From Squalus acanthias (taxonomy: Eukaryota): a stretch of 64,000 nucleotides of DNA. Where the stretch lies: positions 164,612,001 through 164,676,000 of the forward strand of contig CM059425.1 of NCBI GenBank assembly GCA_030390025.1, given 5' to 3'. Under the pieces are notes generated by a model. The model had not been told where the DNA came from. It saw nothing but the letters and a program-made list of their open reading frames with translations, and did not search any database. Below, piece by piece: positions 1 through 12,800 of this stretch (the first letter of the stretch is position 1; every line of letters starts with the position of its first letter). The position numbers and the translations under genes are program-made.

Positions 1-3000
1 AATACACCACATCTACTGGTTCTCCCTTATCTATTTTCCCAGTTACATCCTCAAAAAATTCCAGTAGATTAGTCAAGCACGATTTACCTTTTGTAAATCC
101 ATGTTGACTTTGTCCGATCCTGTCACTGTTTTTCAAGTGCTCAGCTATTACATCCTTTATAATGGACTCTAGCATTTTCCCCACTACCGATGTCAGGCAT
201 ACCTGCCTGTAATTCCCCGCATTCTCTCTACCACCCTTTTTGAATAGTGGGGTAACATTAGCTACCCTCCAATCCATGGGTACAGTTCTAGATTCCATCG
301 AATATTGGAAGATGATCAGCAATGCATCTACTATTTCTAGAGCCACTTCCTTAAGTACCCTAGGATGTAGATTATCAGGCCCTGGGGATTTATCGGCCTT
401 CAATCCCGTCAATTTCCCTAACACCATTTCCCTGCAAATACTGATTTCATTCAGTTCCTCCCTTTCATCAGACCCTATGTTCTCCAACATCTCTGGGAGG
501 TTATTTGTGTCCTCCTTTGTGAAGACAGAACCAAAATATGCATTTAATTGGTCTGCCATTTCTTTGTTCCCCATTATAACTTCCCCCGCTTCTGACTGCA
601 AGGGACCTACACTTGATTTCACTAATCTTTTTCTCTTCACATATCTATAAAAGCTCTTACAGTCAGTTTTTATGTTCCCAGAAAGCTTACTTTCATATTC
701 TATTTTCCCCTTCTTAATTAATCCCTTTGTCCTCCTTTTGTTGAATCCTAAACTGCTCCCAATCCTCAGGGTTACCGCTTTTTCTGGCCAATTTATATGC
801 CCTCTCCTTGGATCTTATGCTATCCCTAATTTCCCTTGTTAGCCACGGTTGAGTCACCCTTTTTGTTTTATTCTTATGCCACACTGGGATGAACAAATTC
901 TGTAGTTCATCCATGCAGTCTTTGAATGTTTGCCATTGCCTATCCACCGTCAACCCTTTGAGTGACATTACCCAATCAATCCTACCCAATTCACACCTCA
1001 TACCATCGTAGTTTCCTTTATTTAAATTCAGGACCCTAGTCTCTGATTCAACTACTTCACTCTCCATCCTAATGAAGAATTCTATCATATTATGATCACT
1101 CTGACCCAAGGGGCCTCGTACAACAAGATTGCTAATTAATCCTTTCTCGTTACATAATGCCCAGTCTAAGATGGCCTGATCTCTGGTTGGTTCCTCGACA
1201 TATTGTTCCAGAAAACCATCCCGTAAACATTCTAGGGATTCCTCCTCCACAGTATTTTTACTAATTTGGTTAGCCCAATCTATATGTAAATTGAAGTCAC
1301 CCATGATGACTGCTGTGCCCTTACTGCATGCTTCTCTAATTTCCCTTTTAATGCCGTCCCCAACCTCCGTATTACTGTTTGGAGGTCTAGATACCACTCC
1401 CACTAATGTTTTCTGCCCCTTGTTATTTCTCAGTTCTACCCATACAGATTCTGCATCATCAGAGCTAATATCCTTCCTTTCAATTGTGTTAATCCCCTCT
1501 TTAACCAGCAATGCTACTCCACCTCCCTTTCTTTTTTGCCTATCTTTCCTAAACATTGAATACCCCTGGATGTTGAGTTCCCAGCCTTGGCCACCCTGGA
1601 GCCATGTTTCTGTAATCCCAATCAAATCGTATTCATTTACCTCTATTTGCGCAGTTAATTCATCCACCTTGTTCTGAATGCCCCTTGCATTAAGACACAA
1701 AGCCTTCAGGCTTGTTTTTTTAATGCTCTCAGACCTATATGAATTATTATTTACTGTGACCATGTTTGATTTAAACCATTGAGTTCTTTGCCTTCTACTT
1801 TTGTTTTTCTCCTTCCTGTCTTTTGCTTTTATCCTTGTTTCCCTTTCCTCTGTCTCCCTGCTCAGGTTCCCAACCCCCTGCCACTTTAGTTTAAACCCTC
1901 CCCAACAGCACTAGCAAACACTCCCCCTAGGACATCGGTCCCGGCCCTGCCCAGGTGCAGACCGTTTGTACTGGTCCCACCTTCCCCAGAACCGGTTCCA
2001 ATGTCCAAGGAATTTGAATCCCTTCCCCTTGCACCATTCCTCTAGCCACGTATTCATTTGAAATATCCTCCTATTTCTACTCTGACTAGCACGTGGCACT
2101 GGTAGCAATCCTGAGATTACTACCTTTGAGGTCCTATTTTTTAATTTACCTCCTAACTCCCTATATTCTGCTTTTAGGACCTCATCCCGTTTTTTACCTA
2201 TATCATTGATGCCTATGTGCACCACGACAACTGGCTGTTCGCCCTCCCCCTCCAAAATGTTCTGTAGCCGCTCTGAGACGTCCTTGACCCTTGCACCAGG
2301 GAGGCAACACACCATCCTGGAGTCTTGTTTGCGGCCACAGAAACGCCTATCTATTCCCCTTACAATTGAGTCCCCTATCACTATAGCTGTTCCAAACTTT
2401 TTCCTCCCAGCCTGTGCAGCAGAGCCACCCATGGTGCCAGGAAGTTGGCTACTGCTGCCTTCTCCTGATAAGTCATCCCCCCCAACAGTATCCAAAGTGG
2501 TATATCTGTTTGAGAGGGGGATGGCCACAGGGGACCCTTGCACCACCTGCCTGCACCTCTTACTCTGCCTGGTGGTCACCCATTCACTTCCTGCCTGTAC
2601 ACCCTTTACCTGCGGTGTGACGAACTCGCTAAACGTGCTATCCACGATGTTCTCAGCGTCGCGAATGCTCCAATATGCATCCATCCGCAGCTCCAGCGCC
2701 GCAATGTGGTCTATCAGTAGCTGCAGCTGGATACACTTCCCACACACATGGTCGTCAGGGACACAGGAAGCGTCCCTGATTTCCCACATATAGCAGGAGG
2801 AGCATATCACGGGGCGGAGCTCTCCTGCCATGACTTACCCTTTAATTAATTAATTAATTAAAATTAAATTAAATGAATCCCACCAATTTCATTTCAATTA
2901 AATGATATACTCAAGGGCCCTTTCCCGACACTGGCCTCTGTAAAAAAGCCCGCGAAAGTGAGTTTAACTACTCACTGTGCTGCTGCTCTCTCCGCTCCCG

Positions 3001-3086
3001 ACACTGGCCTCTGGAAAAAAGCCCGCGAAAGTGAGTTTAAATACTCATTGTGCTGCTGCTCTCTCCGCTCCTGACACTGGCCTCTG
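1..3086 (-). mobile_element. CR1-clade LINE with 5' end (5'UTR, ORF1, start of ORF2); continues beyond the window
   Basis: ORF1 1911-2831 has a Cys-rich N-terminus and SGNH/GDSL esterase motifs (GDS, GIND). ORF2 endonuclease 714-1763 has ITETW, GDFN, SDH. Frameshifts near 737 and 1965. Confidence 0.92.
2924..3086. repeat. 73-bp tandem repeat (about 2.2 copies) at the CR1 5' end
   Basis: cccgacactggcctctg... recurs at 2924, 2997 and 3070. Confidence 0.9.
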
Positions 3087-3383
3087 AAATAGAATGTTTA
3101 CAATTTGAGCATAAACAAAGCTACAACAGGTTTGTAAGCAGTATAGTCTGCTATATTGAACTCTCTACCTATTGCTGTTTCCCTGTGTGTCTCACTTATA
3201 CAGACTATGGTTTAAAAGAAGCCCAATATAAATTTTACTGGAATATATTTTCCCTGTAACTTTACTTCAAATAATTTTGAAAAACAACCAAGTAGGTACC
3301 ACTGGAAACTGAAGAGAAACATTGGAGTATTTGGGCTAACTAAATGCTACTGATGAATTGTGCAAAACTGTGTATCTGTTATT

Positions 3384-3697
3384 CGGGTGAGACATTAAAC
3401 TGAGGCCCCATCTGTCCTCTCTGGTGGATGTAAAAGATCCCATGGCAATGTTTCAAAGAAGAGCAGGGGAGTTCTCCCCAGTGCCCTGGCCAATATTTAT
3501 CCCTCAACCAACATCACTAAAACAGATTATCTGGTCATTGTCTCATTGCTATTTGTGGAACCTTGCTGTGTGCAAATTGGCTTTCGCATTTCCTACATTA
3601 CAACAGTGACTACACTTAAAAGGTACTTCATTCCCTGTGAAGCACTTTGGGACATCCTGAGGTTGTGAAAGCTGCTATTTAATGCAATTATTTCTTT
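3384..3697 (+). mobile_element. Deu-domain SINE (SacSINE1/AmnSINE1-like), 5'-truncated
   Basis: taaaagatcccatggca...gaagagcagggg...ctggccaatattta core plus L2-like tail; related copies at 28874-29285 and 31420-31790. Confidence 0.7.
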
Positions 3698-3759
3698 CTT
3701 ACATTGGACTTCCTCAGACTGCAAGATTTGCGACCTACGTCACCACTTTGGGCAAAAAT

Positions 3760-4737
3760 ATCGAAGTACAAAGGGATATAGACAGGTTAAGTGAGTGGGC
3801 AAGAAGGTGTCAGATTGGGTATAATGTGGGGAAATGTGAAATTATACACTTTAGTAGGAAGAATAGAAAAGCAGAATATTTTTTAAAAGCTGAGAGACTA
3901 GTAAATGTTTCCATTCACAGGGATTTGTGGGTCTTTGTACACGAATCACAGAAAGTTAATGTACAGGAAGAAATTAGGAAAGCATATGGTATGTTAGCCT
4001 TGATTGCAAAGGGGTTGGCATATAAGAGTGAGGAAGTCTTGCTGGAATTATATAGGGCTTTGGTGAGACCACACCTGGAGTATTGTGTACAGTTTTGGTC
4101 TCCTTTGTGGGCGTCGCTGGCAAGGCCAGCATTTATTGCCCATCCCTAATTGCCCTTGAGAAGATGGTAGTGAGCTGCCTTCTTGAACCACTGCAGTCCA
4201 TGTGGTGAAGGTACTCCCACAGTGCTGTTTGGTAGAGAGTTCCAGGACTTTGACCCAACAACGATGAACGAACGCCGATATATTTCCAAGTCAGGATGAT
4301 GTGTGAGTTGGAGGGGATCTTGGAAGTGGTGGTGTTCCCATGCGCCTGCTGCCCTTGACCTTCTAGGTGGTAGAGGTCACGGGTTTGGGAGGTGGTGTTG
4401 AAGAAGCCTTGGCGAGTTGCTGCAGTGCATCTTGTAGATGGTACACACTGCAGACACGGTGCACTGGTGGTGGAGGGAGTGAATGTTTCAGGTGGTGGAT
4501 GGATTGCCAATCAAGCGAGCTGCTTTGTCCTGGATGGTGTCGAGCTTCTTGTGTTGTTGGAACTGCACTCATCCAGGCAAGTAGAGACTTTACCCAAGAA
4601 AGGATATATTTGCCTTAGAGGGGGTGCAATGAAGGTTCACTAGATTGATTCCTGGGATGAGAGGCTGTCCTATGAGGAGAGTTTGAGTGGAATGGGTATA
4701 TATTCTCTAGAATTTAGAAGAATAAGAGGGGATCTCA
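3760..4737 (+). mobile_element. Degraded CR1 RT 3' fragment interrupted by a family-B LINE fragment
   Basis: [15 protein letters not shown] breaks at about 4105 and resumes near 4589. Confidence 0.8.
4106..4586 (-). mobile_element. Family-B RT LINE 3' fragment
   Basis: Same 3' sequence as the elements at 16430 and 53500-53966. Confidence 0.85.
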
Positions 4738-4743
4738 CATATT

Positions 4744-4972
4744 GGCCCAGATTTTCCGTGGCCTATGACCGCGTACACGGCTGTAAGTGCCCCGCAAGTT
4801 CCGAGTTTACGCATGGGCTGCGCATGCGCGAAAACCCAGAACTTGCGATCTGTTAAGAATCTTCTTGACAGATCCTTCACATCTCCGGGAAATGGACATT
4901 CGCTGGCGGAAAGTTGGGATATTTGCCCAACTCTTGCCTAGCGAATGTCCATGAAACTCTTACGCCTGGTAA
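4744..4972. mobile_element. Partial MITE related to the 15196-15947 element
   Basis: Begins att|ggcccagattttcc; shares cgcatgcgc and gatctg...cttgacagatc with 15800-15860. Confidence 0.55.
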
Positions 4973-6358
4973 GGCCTTCAAGTAATAACGATAATGAATG
5001 TAGTAAAAAACACAAAAGACAATTTTATTGTGAAATATGTAATTTTGGTGTTTTAATTTGTTTAAAATCTTATTTTGGACATTAGAAATGTTAGTTGCTG
5101 AAGGAAAGAGTTGGCAATCTTTTTCAAAACTTGTTTTGAGTAATTTGATTGTTTCACCACTTTTTTCTCTCTTCTTACTTTTTTAATTAGTATGTTTTCT
5201 TGACAGGACTTTCAGTATTGGTTCTTTTCATAAGTTCTTAGTAGTTTCCCAATGGTAGTTTTCCACCTCTTCAGTTCTGAATTGCTGCTGTCAAAAGTGT
5301 GACACCAGGAAGTAATTATGAAAAATAGGAAGTGCATATTAGACGCAAGACTTTTAACATATGGCTATAGCAGTTGAAAATCTTCCATAGGGACAAATTG
5401 TGGGAAAATGCTTTCTGTAAAAAGTCAAGCAGTTGCACAAGCATTTTAAAAAGGGTTCTCCAGGTTGTGTAGAGTGAATAATACTGTTCTGTTTTTAGAC
5501 TTAAAAAGTAGAGAATGAATCTCTGGACCTATTGTATTTATTTATTCAGTGGGTAAATCCAATCAAATAATGTGCAAACGACAAGTCACTGGGTACTGAA
5601 AAAGATTTTCTACAAAGTCAGGGGCACCCACTGGATAAATATTAGATTCACTGATTTCCTCAATATATTTTCTATCTATATTGTGGGAATAAATACAAAT
5701 ATCCATCTTGGATTTCAGAATAATTTATTTATTATTGAGAGATCTAGGTGAAGTGGTGTAGTGCAGTAAATTATTGGGGTTGAAATGAGTATCCGAGAAA
5801 GCAAGATAAATCAGGAAGTAGTAATGCTGGGCTTAGGTTTCAAATGCCTGATTATTTAAGGAGGAAAGAAGGACTGAGGGAGGTAAGGAATAATAAAATT
5901 GAGGAAACTTCCTGTAGATTAGGTTGTTGCAGTGCATAGTAATGCCATGACACACAGAAGATGCATATTTTCTGAAGAAAAAAAGCCATTGGTTCTATCA
6001 CTGCTGCAGCTGTAACTGCAGGGATTACATTAATAGATTAGTTTAGATTTCTGTTACAATGGTTGCAGTATGGTTGCTAGGAAAACATTTGTTGTTTAGC
6101 ATATGATTTGAACATTCAACAATGCAGCTCTGTTTATTCAGTAGTTGGATGATCAAAATACCAAAATCGATCTTCTTGCAATGTATAATATGTACTTTAC
6201 TGCAAACTGTGCAACATTTATTACATTTTCTGATTCTCTGGCTGTAATCTATTAATATGGGTTAGATAACTTACAGAATGTATTACTATTAGTTCAAATT
6301 GTTGGCATTGCATTATTACTAATGTTTTGTACTTTTAGATTCCCTCACAGTTTGCAGA

Positions 6359-6858
6359 ATGCTGTTGAAGCAGATGCTGTTCCTGGCTCTTGGAGTGCTG
6401 TTTCAGATCATGCTGTGCACCAGTGACCATGATAATAGAGACTTTCCTTCAGCTTCTAATGGTCAGAAGTTTCCTTGGAACAAGATGAGGCTACCTGATA
6501 GGATCATGCCAATCCACTATGACCTTCTAATACACCCAAATTTGACCACTCTGAACTTCACCGGAGTAGCTAGGATTCAGGTTTTTGTCAGTCAAGAAAC
6601 CAGCTCCATCATCCTCCATAGCAAGCACCTGGAGATCACCAAGGCAACTATTGCATTAACAAAAGATGGGGCTACCCACCCAGAAAGCAGTTTGTACATT
6701 TTGGAATACCCACCATATGAGCAAATAGCACTAGAGACTGCCAGACCTCTGGATAGTGGAGAGAAGTACATTATTAACATCTACTATGCAGCTAATCTAT
6801 CTGATGGCTTCGACGGCTTTTATAAAAGTAGTTATCGAACACCAGATGGTAAAACAAG
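6359..6858 (+). CDS. ERAP2: ERAP2 coding exon 1 (hydrophobic N-terminus; FPWNKMRLP...[14 protein letters not shown]...GFYKSSY)
   Basis: Probable acceptor ttttag at 6333-6338, ATG 6359, donor AG|GTAAG after 6858, phase 2. Confidence 0.93.
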
Positions 6859-9800
6859 GTAAGCTGTTAACACATTTCAGTATAGAAAGAATTGGTATTC
6901 CTCTAAGAACCATACTGTGCCACATAATTACAAAAGACCTTTATACGTGTTTTTGTATTTATTTAACCACATAAAATCCATGTAGATTTATGAATATTTT
7001 GCTCTCATATTGAAATTATTAGAAAAAGAAGAAACCAAAAATGTTGGTTGATGAGCTTTACAAGTACTTACCCAAAACTTTTTATGGTAGATATCATGAG
7101 TTATTAAATCAAGAACAAAGGAGAAGGACTTCAGAGGTGGACCTGTATATTGTAACTTTAAAATTTGAACTTCAAATTTCAATTTGGAGAACCAAAATTT
7201 GAAAACATCTAAAGCTAAACTAAATTACAAATCAGATTTACCTAAATGCTGTACCTCAAAAACAGCCAGTTCTGTTGGCGTAAATATCCTCTTTAACAGT
7301 TTTTTTCATTTTAAGGACCTAATTTATTCCTATGAAAATCTAGTTGATTCATTATATAAAACTCAAGGAACTGCCTGTGAGAGCTGACTTGATATTTGAG
7401 TAATTTCAGAATGTCACTAAGTATGAGAAGAAGCTTTCTTTCACTAAGGTCTTTCAAAAGGGGTACCCTCAAACTGTCATCCATCTATCTATTAATGCTA
7501 ATATGTCACCCCAATTACTCAAACATGTTGTCATATTTTGTTGAACTTATCCAGAGGGACTACTTTTAATAATGACATCCTGGGAATTATTTTGTCCGCT
7601 AACCATCTGTAACTGCTAACTTATGTCAAAAACTTTTTAAAAGTGCTTTGTCAAGTTATAGACAAGCATTTTACAGATTACCATAACATTATTTGTGGTT
7701 ACTGATTTTAAAGTTTATAGTTGGTTATCTTTTTTCTGATCTCATCAAAGTAAGTAATAATAGTTCTAAGGAATGCAACACTGTTCTATTTTGTATCCAA
7801 CTCCAATACCTTTTTCAATTTTTTTGTGCTTAAAGTGCTGGATTTTTGTGCTGGGAGTTAAATATTTTCTTTACTTTTGGAATTCGATGTAAAGCACTCC
7901 CAGGTTAGGTGTAACACAAGGCAAATACAAAGTAAGTGAGCCCCAACAATGTCCCTTAGCCATAGCTTAAAGAATTTTACTGCACAGTATTCCACTTCTT
8001 ACATTATGTGTAAGTGTGATTGTCAGTATACGACAAATAATAGGCAGACTTATCAGAAATTGGGCTCTGTTTGCCAGGACTCAATTCGTTTGGAACACTA
8101 ACCATTGGCAGAGAGAAGACATTCATCCCATCAGTCTGGGGTGGATTAGAAGTCGTATCTGAGAGATAAAAAGGTGTTTTCATATTGCACTAAGTTTCCA
8201 CAATAGTGCAAGCATTTTGTCCCAGAATAGGTAGAGTATGGGGAAAGTGCAATGTGGAACTCTCCGTCATTACCACAACATTGTATCTCAACCCAAACAT
8301 CTAAACAGTCTCTCTACATTCACTTCCCATCTCAGTTATTTTTGCCAAATTTATAGCAAATTATTTTTATACAAGGGATCAGTTGATTGAGGATTATATT
8401 AAGATGGTTCACTCATTTTAAATCCATTAGAGAGAAGAAACTTTCATTCTATCTTTCTGAGCTGAATTCAATCCCGGTCACATAGGAAGAAATATATTTT
8501 AGTCCACTGCAGCAATCCCTAGTCCCTACAAATCTCTACCCAGCAAATGTAATATAGATCTCCAGCATTCAGTTTTTATTTCCACTCCTACTGAAAGATA
8601 ATTCCACATATTTGGATTCTCTTGTCATGAGTTTCAAAGTGTTTTGGTTATCAACTTTGTTTTCGGAGAGTTTGTAGGATGTTAGGTTTTTTTCACTTTT
8701 CTCATTTGTGTTTTTTTCTATAAATTATGTGGAATTTAGAACTATTGGCTTTCATTTGAACTGACTAAGATTGGCTGCATTGGATATATTCTGATATGTA
8801 GACACATAGGTATCCACATTATTTCTTCTGCTGATGACTTGAGTTTATTATTCAAATAGAATATGGTTAAATTTGACATTTTTAATGATTTTCCCCACAG
8901 TTCAAGAGGTGTCCAGGCATATGCTGGTTTCTATGTGATTCCCAACTGTATAAACAGCATGTGCAAGTATCGAGAAAAATATGCCTTTTGGTTTGTTTCA
9001 CATTCATTTAGTTTGAATTCATTTCTTTTATGAATGACCTTGTTTTCTGTAGAATTCTTGCATCTACCCATTTTGAACCCACATTGGCACGGATGGCTTT
9101 TCCATGTTTTGATGAACCATCTTTTAAAGCTAACTTCTCAATCAAGATAAGGAGAGAAACGCAGCTTATTGCATTGTCCAACATGCCCATGGTATGAAAT
9201 GTTCATTCTGTGATTTGACTGTCCTAATCCCACTATTTCTAATCATAAGATGTTCTTATCCTCACTTGTAGTCAACAAAATAGTATGTTGTGTGAATGGT
9301 TTAATTACTAAATAATCACTGAAAACAGATTTTTTTTAATGAGTTTTACAATAAAGAGCTAAATGCTACTCCCCTACCTAATACTTGCAAAATACAAGGG
9401 GGCAAAATTTTGCAAGAGTTCCTGCTTTAACTGTGGCAGGAGACTAGGGGAAGACTCAGCTGCACTGGGTCTCTGCTGTATTTGGAAGTTTCATTTTTAC
9501 CTTGTAATGAATAGAACTTGCGTCTGCCCCTTACAAGGCAAATAATGGCCAGGGGGAAAAGCCAAAGGCAGGGACTCCCTAAGCTAGGAGTTTCTGCTCC
9601 TAATCTGGAGGCAGATCCAGTGTCACAGTGGCGGTCGGTACGCCGAGTGAGGTGTACTGACCTCCACAAAGGTACTTGTGGGATTCACCAGTAGGGTCTA
9701 GCCCAAGCAATCAGCCTGGATCCATGAAGAATTAAACCATTTTGAACAATCTGTCCCCCTACTTGCCCTTGCAGGCGGGTGAGCAGGCACAGGAGCTTGT

Positions 9801-12800
9801 GGCAGGCATCGGCAGGCAGGTGCCAGTGATGCACCTGCAGTGGCACTGGTCCCCGCCTGGCCCATGCAAATAATGGGATCGGCGCTGGAGGGAAACATCA
9901 GGTGCAATCCCAGCATAACCACCAGGGATGCAACCTGAGGAATTTCAGGATCCAGATATCCACTTCCAGCTGGTACATCTAATATGGCCATTTTGACTAT
10001 AAGGTTCTACAAAAGAGCAGGAAGTACTACATTTGAAACCTATCTCGGTGGCTTTCCTGAAATTATTGATTATATTTTTTGTAGATTAAATCTTTCCCAG
10101 TAGGAGGAGGACTTTTTGAAGACCACTTCGATGTGAGTGTAAGGATGAGTACATACTTGGTGGCCTTCATTATCTGTGACTTTAAATCTGTCAGTGCAGT
10201 AACATCAACAGGAATTAAGGTGAGCTTTGTATTGGTGTCAGCGTTCTTGCCTAAAACATTCTGAATGTGGCTTCCCCAATTGTTGGGTATCTGGGGAGGG
10301 ACAGGCAGCTCCACATCAATGCTATCATTATGTGATTCCAAATTTCCAAAATATTAAGCTCCATATTGCACAAAAAAGTTAAAGAGAACAATCTGCCTTT
10401 TTGAAATCTGAAGTTAATGCCATTTTTGGATGCTTGTTTCTATTGTTTACATTATAACCATCATCTATGCATGACTGTTGACTTCGTAGAAATGTTTTTT
10501 TTCTTCTTCCTCATTGACTAAAAGGCTGGTTTTAAATACACTCACCCAGTGGATGTGGGGCACGCTGGTGGTTAAAATGGCGGCTGGGCGCTTACTGCTG
10601 CGTTTCTGAAGCATTCGCAGCCCCCACTACTTTAACTGGCAGGTTTCCGGCAACGTCGGGGCTGCTGCTGTGGGCGAACAGGGACCTCATCAATATTTCA
10701 ATGTTAGGTCCAATGACATCATTTGGACCCTGACATGATGTTAACTGCTGATCACGGCAGTGATGCCCAATGCCAGAGCGCCAGTGAAAGCTGACAGGAA
10801 GCAGAATCTGCGCCAGAAGTTTCATTTAAACATTTTTTCAAGGTTTGTTTGTGGGCCAGGAGGAGCAGGAGTTCTTCTGCAAGCTTCACAAGGAAGGCTT
10901 GGGCCCCTCTGTCCCAGGCTTCACCGCCCCCCCCCCCCCGGCTTTCCCCGACTGTGATCACCTCCAGAAACCCTTGCTCACCACTTAACTTGTGTGATAA
11001 TATTTTGAATAATAATTAATAAACATTTCCCTTGAGTGCCTGGTGATGGCCTCCCGCCTCTGTCGTCCACCTCGCCATTCCCACCGGCTTCAGGCGATAG
11101 TCTGTGCTGGAACACGGTAATGAGGCCCAGTAATGAACATATCCCAGGGCTTAGGCCGGCGCAGTTATGGGCACTTCCTGTCCCCTGCACTCCCGTCCCG
11201 ATTTAAAATCCAAGCTTAAGTTTTTAAACTTCTCTTTATTCTTCCTTTCCAATTGCTCATTTTCTTCCTTTGTTATATATAACTTTTTCACCAATCATGT
11301 TGCACAAAACCATTCTTCCCAATTTTCTCTGGATCACATTCCAGCAAAAAATCTGTAAGACACCGCCACCATTACAGTTCCCCAGTCCTCTATAACCACT
11401 AACAATAACATTTATTAAATGACACATAAAATACATCAAAAGAAATCGCAAACTTACCCATAAACCTAGCTCCAATGATTATCCCTCTGCCCCACAAGCA
11501 GCGTGATGCAATATGTTTGGTCTTTGAACGTTCGGAATTCTGGGTACAGCCACCCTGTGGTAAACAAGTGGGCAAAATCTGTATCCCATTATTACATTTA
11601 TCTATCCACATCCCCAGAACTACAATTATCAGAAGCCACTGTGGGGGTTTTTTTTTACCAGAAGAATTCTTAGAAATGACAGTGTGGCTATTCCCATTCG
11701 TCATCCACCCCACCCCACCCTCGCAAGGGATGCACAAGATTCTATCTACTGGAGCCTGTTCGTCTGCCTCCTTAGTGATCCAAAGAAGCAAGGTCATCCC
11801 TCAATGAGACTATAGTGCATCCCATTCCCTCTGGTTTTTCCATGAGTTATTCACCCTCCTGCAGTCTCTCCACATGACATTGTGAATATTATAGGGACCA
11901 GTCAAAACTACATCAGAGACAAACAGGAAAAAGAGATAAAAACAGAAGATTAAGAAAGGGGAGCAAAAGTAAGAATGAAAATAATGAAAAGGTGAACGAA
12001 ATGGGTAAAGGAGGAGAATATGGGGAAAGTGAAGAAGGAGAAATGAGGAAAGCGATAGGCACAAATATAGGAGTTCATCCTCCAATGAGTAAATTCCTAA
12101 CTTTATTTATTCGAACAACTCTGCAGCCCAAGAATGGGGAAAGAGGAAGGAGAAACATTGAAACAATATTGTTGCAGGGACGGAGAAGGGAGAGGGGTAT
12201 GGAACCCTCTTCTGGCAAAAGTAAGTGAGAGGGACACAGAGGGAGAACTCCTGGGGAACTGGTTGATGGGGAAGAGAAAGACAGAGGCCGCGATTTTCTC
12301 GATTGATGCAGCTTGGGAGCGGGTCAGGTGGCTTCCGGGTTCCAGTCCCGCCCCAAACTACATCTGGCCCACAGACATGATTTTATGTCAATTGGCCTTG
12401 TTAAGCTCGCCCTGCGGGCTAGCCGACCATTTAAGACGAAGCTGGTCCGATGACATCATTTGGTGACGCGTCATCTGCCAGTTTTCTTAAAGGGACCACG
12501 CACAATTTTTTTTTGACAGCTGATTTTTCAGTGTTTGACAGCATTGAGGTGCTGCAAACACTGACAATCACTGTACAAAAGTGAGCTCTTGTTAAGTGGC
12601 TATAATCCTCTTCCCGCCGCTAGGTGTCGGGTCCATGCGCAAATCGGTTTCCTGCCCGCTGTCAATCTTTGCGATTTTTGCCGGAGGTACCGCCTCCAAA
12701 CCCACCCCATGAGCGCCGGCAAAATTCCGGTCAGAGATACTGGCCTGGAGTTTCTGCTCATTGCACTGTTTTTTTTCGGCGCAATTGATCCAATATCAGC

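Noticed and set aside
240..650. Antisense ORFs over LINEs (also 1291-1677, 23525-23860, 33768-34178, 34425-35048)
   Set aside because: Shadow frames of CR1 ORF2; they recur only because the elements are copies.
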